A stretch of DNA of 64,000 nt from Mobula hypostoma. Taxonomy: Eukaryota. The notes under the pieces were generated by a model, which saw nothing but the letters and a program-made list of their open reading frames with translations, ran no database searches and was not told where the DNA came from. Both the position numbers and the translations under genes were made by a program. Positions 53,201 to 64,000 of the stretch are shown here, piece by piece. Position 1 is the first letter of the stretch; the number at the start of each line of letters is the position of its first letter. Location of the stretch: assembly GCF_963921235.1 (NCBI RefSeq), contig NC_086108.1, positions 92,878,001 through 92,942,000 of the forward strand, written 5' to 3'.

Positions 53201-54150
53201 AATTGGGAAGCCAGCAGATTTATTGTACATTATTAAGCTACAGTAACTGCCCCAAGCACTAGGCCGAGTTATAGCCTTGCTAATGGCCTGGAGTTGCGGA
53301 GTTTATGATTTAATCACAGTTATCCTGTGAATTCCGTCCTGTGTGTCCTCTGAGCTACACATCTGCAAAGAGAGACTCGAATTAAATGAAGGTCTTGCTC
53401 TCTGTATAACCAGTTCCATTACGAATCTGAATCCCTGGCTAAAGGCGGATCAGAATGGAGGAGGAACACCCAGGCATGCGTTGTGCATCTCTAGACTGTG
53501 TGACGGAGGTCAAGCAGAAAAGTGGACAGAATACCCAGCAAACACAGGCACCCACTGCTCTCACTGTCGTGCGCTTTCTGCTTCACCTGCGGCCAAATCC
53601 TGCAGGTCACGCTAGCCTCACCAGCAACATGACAGCCCACAGAACCAGAGTGGAAGCAAGTTGCCGTCAACTCCCAGGGACTGAAGCTTGGAATATACCC
53701 AAATGCTCTGAATGCCAAACTAAACAAAATGAGGGGGGGCGGGGATTAAACTAAACAGGGGGGGGGGCGCGGGGATTAAAAAAAGGTAATGGGCCAGATG
53801 TGAAATGCATCCAGCTGCTCTCTCCTGAACTTCGATGCAGCTTCACTGCCAATTCCATCTCAAGTGTCCCTGGGAAATATTCCCCATCAGCCAGTCCGTT
53901 CAAAGTCTAAGTCAAGTTTATTGTCATCTGCACAAGTCCACGTGTACAGGTGCAATGAGAAAATTACTTGCAGCAGTGTCATGGGCACATGGCATTATTT
54001 AAGCAGCATTCACAAGAAAAACATAAATCATACACAATTTTTACAAGAAAGAACACAAACAGATTAAAAATTACCAAGCTCTCTTCAGTGCAAAATGATC
54101 AAAGTGGTCATGGTGATACTAAACTGTAGTGAATTCAGCCTCACCTTGGC

Positions 54151-54387
54151 AACACGTACAGAATGCTGGAGGAAATCAGCAGGCCAGGCAGGATCAATGG
54201 AAAAAATGTACAGCTGACGTTTCAGGCTGAGACCCTTCAGCAGGACTGAAAGATCTCACTGAAGGGTCTCGTCCCGAAATATTGACTGTACTTATTTTTT
54301 TACAGATCCTGCCTGGGCTGCTGAGTTCCTCCAGCATTTTGTGTGTGTTGCTTGAATTTCCAGCATCTACAGATTTTCTTTTGTTTG
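54151..54387. mobile_element. Short fold-back Penelope family A insertion
   Basis: Inverted arms; 16-bp TSD tcagcctca(c/t)cttggc (54135-54150, 54388-54403); hammerhead remnant 54211-54248 (-) with GAAACGUC intact and CUGCUGA. Confidence 0.85.
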
Positions 54388-54545
54388 TCAGCCTCATCTT
54401 GGCTTATTTTAGTCAATGATTATTTTCAAGAAAGGCACATAACTGAAGCTAACACAAACTCAGTGACTCCAGGCCATTACCATGGCTGTAGTTCAGCCTA
54501 GTGCTTGGAGGCAGGTATATAGCTTAAAAATGTACTATAAAGCTA

Positions 54546-55122
54546 AGGTTGTCATAGCTGGGGCTGGTAGTGGGGATAAGCTCCCACTACCTATAAAGTG
54601 CTCCAAATGGCGGTGACTCTAACAACCTCTGACAACCAAGTTCAACTCTTGGCCTTCACACGTGTGGCTTAGATACTAGGCCCGGCAGAACTGTTTCTAC
54701 TGACAAGAGAAAGGGGCAAAGGCGGACCACTGGCACCTCAAAACCAGTTGCTTTGGGCAGGTGGGGCTCGTCAGCCTTGGACGGCAGCCCGCTCTGATTT
54801 TAAACCTCTGTTTCCTTGTGGCCATATCCACCCATGGGAAAGAGTTCAGGAGTAAACCCTGAGGAAAAAATCCGTTGCCAGGGTCCCTAATGTTGTTTAC
54901 AACTTCACTCTGGCAACCTCTGCGATGACACTGGTGCCACAGTGCATGGGCGGGCGCTTGCCCTTCTCTTTGACTACATCAGTGACGTGGAGAGGGGGAG
55001 CCCACTACATGGGCAACAACCAGTTTTTCAAATCTTCCCACCCAGGCTTGCGTCCAAGAGAGGACACAGTCCACCAGAGGCGCAAACGCATCATCCCCTG
55101 GGATCATCGGCTGTCTGTCACC
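54546..55122 (+). mobile_element. Non-coding non-LTR-derived element, family X, copy 2 (apparently full length)
   Basis: 9-bp TSD ataaagcta (54537-54545, 55123-55131); collinear with 12644-13618. Confidence 0.75.
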
Positions 55123-55306
55123 ATAAAGCTACTAACTTACCAGGTGTGTACTCAAAGATTGTGTTGAAACTAATATACGGGAAGGTTTTAAACTCAGGAG
55201 GTTAAGCTATTTGGTCTCAATGATCACTCCATGTACTTAAACCAAGCTGCAACTTTTGGTTAATCAATTCAATCATTCCTTCTTTTTCTCACTGCAACAC
55301 ACTCAC

Positions 55307-55411
55307 CATTCCAACCCAGAAGAGAAAGAAGACAATAAGCCAGAGGATATCTGTGCACCTTCTGTAGATCTGTGGTCGCCATTCTCTGTGAGGCCCGTCA
55401 ACAGCAGACAC
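55307..55411 (-). CDS. SLC44A3: SLC44A3 (CTL3) internal coding exon, equivalent to human exon 2 (105 bp, phase 0/0)
   Basis: tttcAG|GTG...ATG|GTgagt; translates VSAVDGPHREWRPQIYRRCTDILWLIVFFLFWVGM, matching the CTL3 N-terminal REWRPQIYRxCTD motif and TM1. Confidence 0.93.
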
Positions 55412-55418
55412 CTGAAAT

Positions 55419-55925
55419 AAAAATGAGGAAGTCTGCAGATGCTGGAAAGACAAAGCAACACATGCAGAATGCCAGAGAAGCTCAGGGGGTCAAACAGCAT
55501 TCTGAATAAACAGTCGCCATTTCGGGCCGAAGCCCTTCTTCAGGACTGAGAAGGAAGAGGGATGATGCCAGAATAGAAAGCTGGGGGAAGGGGAAGGAGG
55601 ATAGCTGGAAGGTGATAGGAAAAGTCAGGAGGCTGGGAAAGGTAAAGGGCTGGAGAGGAGGGAATGTGATAGGAGTGGACCAGGGAGAAAGGGAAGAAGG
55701 GGACCCAGGGAGAAAAGGCAGGTAGGAAGAGGTAAAAGATCAAAATGGGGAAGGGAGGAGAGAATTTTTTTAAACCAGAAGGAGAAATCGATAGTCATGC
55801 CTTCAGGTTGGAGGCTACCCAGATAAAATATAAGGTTTTGCCGCTCCACCCTGAGGGGGGCTTCATCTTGGCACAAGAGGAAGCCATGAACTGACGTGTT
55901 GGAATGGGAATTAAAGTGCACGGCG
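55419..55925 (-). mobile_element. Penelope-like family A 3' fragment abutting the SLC44A3 exon acceptor
   Basis: Plus strand aaatgaggaagtctgcagatgctgga is the family terminus; ORF 55625-55963 HGFLLCQDEAPLRVERQNLIFYLGSLQPEGMTIDFS. Confidence 0.85.
55511..55548 (-). ncRNA. Minimal hammerhead ribozyme motif, cleavage triplet mutated
   Basis: CAGUC-CUGAAGA-A-GGGC(UUCG)GCCC-GAAA-UGGC-GACUG. Confidence 0.72.
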
Positions 55926-57403
55926 TCCAGGCCTTCTGTCAGACTCTTGAACAGACCCCTCATACACTGAAAGATAAATTATTGATTTCCTAGTTTACCT
56001 TGCTATGGCCCTTGCAGTGTACTGAACTTCCTCTGTAACTGTAACACTATATTCCACATTCTGTTTCCCTTTGTGCTACCTTGACACACTCATCTATGGA
56101 ATGATTTATCTGGATGGAATGTAAACAAAAGCTCTTCACTGTATCTTGGCAGATGTGACAATAAATCAATGAAAATCTCTTCTCATAAAACAGTCCCTTC
56201 ATCCCAGCTTAGTGAACCTTCAGTGCACTCTCTTCAGGAGAAGTACATCTCATCGCAGACACCAAAGTCAAAGCTGAAGACAATAACCTGAGTGTGTGCT
56301 CACCTAGACTCTGTATAGTTGTAGTAAGACATCCTGTATTAATGACCTACACACCACTTGCCTTTTTAACTGCTTTCTGCACTTGCAGGTTTGATTTAAT
56401 CATATAAATACTGTTTTACCTTTTTTTCCCCAAACTAATGTCACTTTTGCCATGTATTGCTCATTTGAAGTTTAAAATTTATATAAAAAGAATTAACCAA
56501 CACGCCACCTCTACCTCCCCACAAACATCACTTGTAGTATTTTTCTTCACTGATGGAAAATCAATGGCAGACTGCAGACAGCATGAGAGGTCATTGTTGG
56601 TGACGCAGCAAGGGATTTAAAGAGAGTTCAGGTGCTTTCAGTGCTTTCATAATGATCTATTAAGCACTTGGCAGGAGCCAAGAAAAAGAAGCGAGGTGTA
56701 AGTGGAGCAGCCATTACTTGAGGGGACAGTGTGAAAATGGCCAAGCTTTGGCTCAATAGAACAGGCAGTTCTACTAAGCAAGTTTCTACCAGTTTCTATT
56801 TTTTGTTAATACATAGCTAATGCTGGGAATGGTTCCAGAGTTAGTGTTCTGTTTTTTTGTGTGAGATGTGGGAACTCTGAGAGAACTCCTGTCTTCCTGA
56901 TAACTACATCTGTATGAAGTACACCGAGCTGCAGCTCCTTAGAGACCGTGTTAAGGAACAGGAGCTGCAGCTGGATGACCGACAGCTCATGTGGGAGAAT
57001 GATCAGGTGGTAGATAAGAGCTGCAGTGGAGGTGGGCTACAAATTACAACAGAAGATAGTTAAGGCATTTAAAAGAGCAATGCTGTGATTTAGTATGAAG
57101 GTAGACTGGGAAAATCAGGTTGGTGCTACATCCCAAGAGACGGAATTTGTAGGATGTCTCCTAGAAATCAGGGGTCCCCAACCTTTTTTGCACCGCGGAC
57201 CGGTTTAATATTGACAATATTCATGCGGACTGGCCGACGGGGGAGGGTGTTCATCACAACCGGAATATAGGTGATAAGTCAACTATAAGTCACTTATAAG
57301 TGGCTAATACACTCAATTTCGTTTCTAAAAGAGTTTATCTAACAAATTTAATATTAAACAAACAGCACATATTTTCCTCGCATGAGTAGAGTGATAAGTC
57401 AAT

Positions 57404-57715
57404 CTTCTTATAGGCATCCGTTAGTCTCGTGAGACCATGGATTTGCGCCTTGGAAAGTTTCCAGGGCACAGGCCTGGGCAAGGTTGTATGGAAGACTGGC
57501 AGTTGCCCATGCTGCAAGTCTCCCCTCTCCATGCCACCGATGTTGTCCAAGGGAAGGGCACTAGGGCTGATACAGCTTGGCACAGGTTTCGTCGCAGAGT
57601 AATGTGTGGTTAAGTGCCTTGCTCAAGGACATAACATGCTGCCTCAGCTGAGGCTTGAAGTAGTGACCTTCAGATCACTGACCGACACCTTAACCAGTTG
57701 GCCACGCGCCAACAC
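57404..57715 (-). mobile_element. tRNA-SINE family S copy inside the hAT
   Basis: TSD taagtcaat (57395-57403, 57716-57724). Confidence 0.88.
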
Positions 57716-57848
57716 TAAGTCAATTGTAAATCACTTATAAGTCAATAGCATCATAACATTTTAAGTAACGTTTTGAATATTAAACACATAGCGCATATTT
57801 TCCTTGTATGAACATATAAAATCATTGCAACACACCAATATCGCTGAA

Positions 57849-59728
57849 TCAGTGGGAGCCCTGGGCTTGTTTCCCTGCAACAAGACGGTCCCATCGAGGG
57901 GTGATGGGAGACAGTGATACTCGAAGGGGGTTCCTTATGTCCAGTCTATTCCGCAATTTAGTTTTCGTTGCATTCATTGCAGAAAACCCCGCTTCGCAGA
58001 GATATGATGTTGGAAATGGAAGCAACGTTTTCAGTGCTTTCCTGGCTATCTCAGGATATTCAGCCTTGACTTTGATCCAGAACGCCGGCAGAGGTGTTAT
58101 GTCAGACATACTTTTCAGCCCACTGTCATTTGCAAGCTCGAGTTGATCTTCTTCCCACGCTGACATGGATGATTCACTGGGGACATTCATAATGGGTCAC
58201 GGACCCATTCCTTTGCACGTCTTGGGTCATTTGTTTTTGGGAAGTAACGCTCGAATTCTGTCGACAACAAAGATAGGTGATCGCGCACCAGCTGTGAGAA
58301 GGACGGTGCAGCCTCAGTCTCTCCCAAATTCCCAGCTAATATTGGGAACATGTCAAATATGCCCCTGTCCACTCGCCGTCCCCACAGTTCCAGTTTGGCT
58401 GTGAAAGCAGACACTTCATCTGCCAACCTGAAGACAGTTGTCATTCTCCCCTGAAGTGACAAATTGAGTTCGTTGAGCAGGTTGAAGATGTCACACAGAT
58501 AAGTGAGTTTTGCTACCCACTCCTCGTCACTGAAGTGTGCTGCCAGTGGTGACTTTTTTCCTGAAAGAAATCTCTGTAGCTGCTCTCTTAACTCAAAAAC
58601 CCTTGCCAGGGCTCTCCCCCTTGATAGCCACCTGACTTCAGTGTGTAACAGAAGGCGTTTGTGCTCTGCATGCATTTCCTCACAAAGCTGCTCAAACAGA
58701 CGCGAGTTAAGGGCCTTTGCTCTGGTGTGATTGATAACTTGAACAGCGTCATTCAATACGCTGTTAAGATCAGGTGACATTTTTCGGCTAGCCAGCATTT
58801 CCCTGTGTATGACACAGTGTGTAGACTGGCATTCAGGAGCAAGCTCTTTAACTTGGGTAGTGAAACCAGACAGCCGTCCAGTCATAGCTGCAGCCCCGTC
58901 TGTGCATATTCCAACACAGAATGACCAGTCCAGTTTGCCTGACATGTAGTCATTCAAAGACTTGAATAGTTTTGCCCCATTTGTGTTAGTTGGCAGCGGC
59001 AGTGCACACAACATATCCTCGTGCACATCGTCTTGAAATATATATCGCACATAAACCAGCAGTATTGCCTTGTTGTCGACATCGGTAGACTCATCGACCT
59101 GGATAGCATACCATGGTGACTCGTTAAGCCGTTCCAACAGCTGTGCTTCGATGTCCTCCGCTGTGTCATCGATTCTCCTTGAAACTGTGGTAGCTGAAAG
59201 AGAAACCTGTGCCATCTTGTTGGCTGCAGCTTCTCCCAACAGTTCACGGCACATGTCCTTGGCAGCAGGCAGAATCAATTCTTCACCGACAGTGAAAGGC
59301 TTCTTATCCTTAGCAATACGGCTAGCCACAAAGTACGACACTCTCAGAGCAGCAGCATCTGTGGAGCTGGTGGCTCCCAGCACTTGCTTCTGTCCCGCTT
59401 GCTCACGTTTTTTCTGCTCAAGAAACTCATCGGGTTTGTCTTTAAGTGCAGGGTGCTTGGACTCAAGGTGCCAAAGCAGTTTTGAGGGCTTCATTGCCTC
59501 ATTAAACAGCTTGTCTCCACATATCACACACAGGGGGCTTGGAGCGTGCGAGTCACCGGTCGCATTAAAGCCATATTTTATGTACGACTCATCGTATTTT
59601 CTGTTGAAGGAAGCTTTTTTTTCGCAGTCTCGGCCTCAGCTGTCTCTGCGTTACTATCATCGTTAGGCCTTTCTCCCCTACCAACTCTTCCAAAGAAACT
59701 CTCAAGCGACGTTTGTTTTTTAACTCAT
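57849..59728 (-). pseudogene. Buster/Charlie-type hAT transposase, three frameshifts (about 59722, 59620, 58190)
   Basis: BED-like CVICG...HLESKH, VDESTD, CTDGA, HCVIH, VRWLS, LCEAGFS, C-terminal AGKQAQGSH. Confidence 0.93.
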
Positions 59729-61019
59729 CGAGTAGTTGTAGGACCGACTGATGACCTCGCGTGCGTAATGACCTTGCGTCCGTTCAAGTTCAACAGTGGG
59801 CATGACAGGGAATGAGGAAAGGTGCAGCTGACTCATATCGTTTCATACAGCCAAATCATATCGTTTCCTCACGGCCTGGTAGCACATGCTTTGCGGCCCG
59901 GTGGTTGGGGACCACTGCACTAGATGGCTCTTTAGAGCGGCTTGTAGTTGAGCCCACTAGGGGGATGGCAAATCTGGATTGGGTGTTATGTTAGGATGCA
60001 TATTTGATTAGGGACCTTAAGGTAAAGGAATCCTCAGGAGGCAGTGATCATAATATGATAGAATTCACCCTGCAGTTTGAGAAGGAGTAACTAAAATTGG
60101 ATGCATCAGTATTACAGTGGAGTAAAAGGGTCTAAATAGGCACAAGATCAGAGCTGGCCAAAGTTGATTGGAAGCGATCACTGGTAGAGATGATTGCTGA
60201 ACAGCAATGGACGGAGTTTCTGGGAGCAATTTGGAAGGTGCAGGAAATATACATCCCAAAGATGAAGAAGTATTCAAAAAGGAGGATAAGACTGACAAGG
60301 GAAGTCAAAGACAGCATAAAAACAAAAGAGTGCAAATAAAATTACCGGGAAGGTAGAGGATTGGGAGGCTTTTAAAAAGCAACAGAAGGCAAATATAAAG
60401 AGAAAAAAGAAAAAAATAGGAAGGAAACAATAAGTTTTTTTAAAGAGATATAGAGTACTAGAGATGACAGTAGGTATTGGACCACAGGAAATTGACACTC
60501 AAGAAGTAGAAATGGCAGACAAAGAAATAACAGATGAAGAAATGGTAGACAAATTTAGTAAGTCTTTCGCATCAGTCTTCACTGTGGAAGACACTAGCAG
60601 AATGAATGCCAGAAATGCAAGAGTGTCAGGGGGCACAAGTGCATGTCATTGCTATTAGTAAGAAGGTACTTGGGAAGCTGAAGGAGTTGAAGGTAGATAA
60701 GCCACGTGGACCAGATGGACTACATCCCACGGTTCTGAAAGATGTAGCTGAAGAGATTTTAGAGGTATTAGTAATAATCTTTCAAGAATCACTAGATTCT
60801 GGAATGGTTCTGAAGGACTGGAAAATTATAAATCTCACTCCACTCTTTAAGGGAGCAAGACAGAAAAAAAATGGAATAATGGGCCGGTTAATCTGACTTC
60901 AGAGGTTGGAAAGATATTGGAGTCCATTATTAAGGATGAGTTCTCAGGGTACTTGGAGGCACATGATAAAATAGGCCGTAGTCAGCATGGTTTCCTCAAG
61001 GGAAAAGTTTGCCTGACAC

Positions 61020-64000
61020 AGAAGGGAAAAGATGAAATATGAGGGCAAACTAGCCGATAATATAAAGCAGGACACTGGAAGTTTTTTTAGTTATATAAAG
61101 AATAAAAGAGGGTTGACATTGCACAACTAGAAAATAATGCTGGTAAGGTAGCAATGGGGACAAAGGAGTGGCAGTTTAACTTAACAAGTACTTTGCACCA
61201 GCCTTCACTGTGGAAGACACTGGCAGAGTGCCAGAGGTCCATGAGTGTCAGGGAGCAGGAGTGAGGGCCATTGCTATACAAAGGAAAAAGTGCTAAGTAA
61301 ACTGAAAGGTCTTAAAGTGGATAAGTCATCTGGACCAGACGGACTACATCCCAGAGCCCTGAGAGAGGTTGCTGAGGAAATAATGGATGCACTGATTGTG
61401 ACCTTTCAAGAATCAAGAATCTGGCATGGTTCCAGAGGACTAGAAGATAGCAAATATCACTCCACTTTTTAAGAAGGCAAAAGAAGGGAAATTTTAGGTC
61501 AGTTAGCCTAACCTCAGTGGTTTGGAAAGAGTTGGAGTCTAGTATTAAGGAAAATGTTTTGGGGTATTTGGAGACAAATGATAAAATAAGTCAAAGTCAG
61601 CATGGATTCTGTAAAGAGAAATCTTGCCTGACAAATCTGTCAGAACTTCGAGGAAATAGTAAGCAGGTTGGACAAAGGAGAGGCAGTGGATATCATTTAG
61701 AAAGATAGAAACATAGAAAACCTATAGCATAATACAGGCCCTTCAGCCCACAAAGCTGTGCCAAACGTGTCCTACCTAGGATTACCCATAGTCCTATATT
61801 TTTTTGAGCTCCATGTACTTGTCCAGGAATTTCTTAAAAGACCTATCATATCTGCCTCCACCATCATTGCCGGCAGCCCATTCCACGCACTCACCACTCT
61901 CTGTGTAAAATACTTATCCCTGACATCTCCTCTGTACCTACTTCCAAGCACCTTAAAACTGTGCCCTCTCGTGCTAGCCATCTCAGCCCTGGGTAAAAGC
62001 CTCTGACTATCCACACAATCAATGCCTCTCGTCATCGTATACACCTCTATCAGGTCACCTCTCATCCTCCATCGCTCCAAGGAAAAAAGGCCGAGTTCAC
62101 TCAACCTAATCTCACAAGGCATGCTCCCCAATCCAGGCAACATCCTTGTAAATCTCCTCTGCACCCTTTCTATGGCTTCCATATCCTTCCTATAGGGAGG
62201 CGACCAGAACGGAGCACAGTACTCCAAGTGGAGTCTGACCAGGGTCCTATACAGTTGCAACATTACCTCTCGGCTCCTAAACTCAATCCTATGATTGATG
62301 AAGGCCAATGCACCATATGTTTTCTTAACCACAGAGTCAACCTGCGCAGCAGCTTCGAGTGTCCTATGGACTCAGACCACAAGATCCCTCTGATCCTCCA
62401 CACTGCCAAGAGTCTCACTATTAATACTATATTCCGTCATCATATTTGACCTACCAAAATGAACCACCTCACACTTAACTGGGTTGAACTCCATCTGCCA
62501 CTTCTCAGCCCAGTTTTGCATCCTATCAATGTCCCGCTGTAACTTCTGACAGCCCTCCACACTATCCGCAACATCCCAAACTTTGTGTCATCAACAAATT
62601 TACTAACACATCCATCCACTTCCTCATCCAGGTCAGTTATAAAAATCATGAAGAGTAGGGGTCCCAGAACAGATCCCTGAGGCACACCACTGGTCACCGA
62701 CCTCCATGCAGAAGATGACCTGTCTACAAACACTCTTTGCCTTCTGTGGGCAAGCCAATTCTGGATCCACGAAGCAATGTCCCCTTGGATCCCATGCCTC
62801 CTTACTTTCTCAATAAGCCTTGCATGTGGTACCTAATCAAATGACTTGCTGAAATCCATATACACTACATCTACTGCTCTTCCTTCATCAATATGTTTAG
62901 TCACATCCTCAAAAAATTCAATCATTTTACTTGGATTTTCAGAAGGCATTTGACAAGGTGCCACACACGAGGTTGCTTAACAAGATAAAATTCAATGGCG
63001 TTACAGGAAGGATACTGGCATGGATAGAGGAACGGCTGACAGGCAGGAGGTACTGAGTGGGAATAAAAGGGGCCTTTTCTGGCTGGCTGCCAGTGACTAG
63101 TGGTGTTCCTCAGGGGTCAGTATTGGGACCGCTACTTTTCACATTGTTTGTCAATGACCTGTATAATGGTGGCTTTGTGGCAAAGTTTGTGGATGATACG
63201 AAGATAGATGGAGGGGTAGGTAGTGCTGAGGAAGCAATGTGATTGCAGCAGGACTTAGACAAATTGGAAAAATGGGCAAAAAAAAGTGGCAGATGGAATA
63301 CAGTGCTGGGAAATGTATGATAATGCATTTTGCTAAAAGGAACAATAGTGCGGACAACTAATTAAATAGAGAGAAGGCTGAAACATCAGAGGTGCAGGGG
63401 GACTTAGGAGTCTCGTGCAAGACTCCCAGAAGGTTAATTTATAGGTTGAGTCCGTGGTAAAGTAGGCAAATGCAATGTTGGCATTTATTTCAAAGGGAAT
63501 ATAAAAGCAAGGTGATAGTGTTTATAAGACACTAGTCAGCTGCACCTGGAGTATTGTCAACCGTTTTAGGCCCCATATCTCAGAAAGGAAGAGCTGTCAT
63601 TGGAGAGAATCCAGAGGAGGTTCATGAGGATGATTCCGGGATTGAAGGGATTGACATATGAGGAGCATTTGGCAGCTTTGGGCCTGTACTCCCTGGCAGT
63701 TAGAAGAATGTGAGGGGATCTCACTGAAACCTACCAAATATTGATAGGACTAGATAGGGTGGATGTGGAGAAGATGCTTCCTATGGTGGGTGTATCAGAA
63801 CTAGTGGGGACAGCCTCAAAATTGAGGGGTGACCCTTTAGAACAGAGGTGAGGAGGAACTTTTTTATCCAGAGAGTAGTGAATCTCTGTCACAGACAGTG
63901 GTGGAGACCAAGGCCGTGGGTGTATTTATGGTGGAAGATGATCATTTCCTGATCGGTCAGGGAATCAAAGGATATGGCAAGAAGGCAGATGTATGGGGTT
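61020..64000 (+). mobile_element. CR1 ORF2 fragment interrupted by an opposite-strand CR1
   Basis: [36 protein letters not shown]; resumes at about 62925. Confidence 0.88.
61700..62922 (-). mobile_element. CR1 RT 3' part (young)
   Basis: ORFs 61772-62332 and 62440-62733; atcattt present on both flanks. Confidence 0.9.

Larger units (their letters stand above)
57169..59917 (-). mobile_element. Near full-length hAT transposon, Charlie/Buster group
   Basis: TIRs CAGGGGTCCCCAACC ... GGTTGGGGACCACTG; internal transposase; 8-bp TSD only imperfect. Confidence 0.93.
56600..61020 (+). mobile_element. CR1 LINE (5' UTR/ORF1 remnant, EN, RT start), split by the hAT element
   Basis: 57095-57168 and 59918 onward are collinear with the CR1 at 19075-19210. 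Confidence 0.85.

Noticed and set aside
427..55925. All four long Penelope fragments are sense to the host gene
   Set aside because: Four copies is too few, and a plus-strand terminus exists at 6-100; not distinguishable from chance.
56410..56455. Possible SLC44A3 first exon (ATG GCA AAA...G|GTaaaa on minus)
   Set aside because: Ends in phase 1 whereas the next exon starts in phase 0, and there is no similarity to CTL3 N-termini.
58187..59527. Domesticated transposase gene (ZBED5/SCAND3-like)
   Set aside because: Frameshifts on both sides, intact TIRs and insertion into a CR1 indicate a dead transposon copy.

Overview
Eukaryotic genomic DNA. The repeat repertoire (CR1, Rex1/Babar, V-SINEs, Neptune-type Penelope) points to a cartilaginous fish, probably a ray; this is an inference. 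The only host gene I can support is SLC44A3 (choline transporter-like 3) on the minus strand. Five internal coding exons (55307-55411, 28276-28418, 22401-22537, 15014-15107, 7128-7297) have GT-AG boundaries and join in frame; the first exon and the 3' exons were not found in the window. The introns are packed with nested, decayed transposons: many CR1 and Rex1/Babar LINEs, RTE fragments, a degenerate Gypsy LTR element, a near full-length hAT (Charlie/Buster) element, mariner, Tc1 and piggyBac MITEs, tRNA-SINEs and V-SINEs, and two Penelope-like families. The most interesting signals are RNA-structural. (i) Minimal hammerhead ribozyme motifs occur in Penelope termini, including short TSD-flanked fold-back insertions and one copy that abuts an SLC44A3 splice acceptor. 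(ii) A partial HDV-like fold lies in a non-coding retroelement whose 3' half is shared with a tRNA-SINE. (iii) The hAT element resembles primate Charlie3/MER1. I see no convincing wholly new protein-coding system. Family names come from motif recognition, not database searches, and boundaries without TSD/TIR support are approximate.
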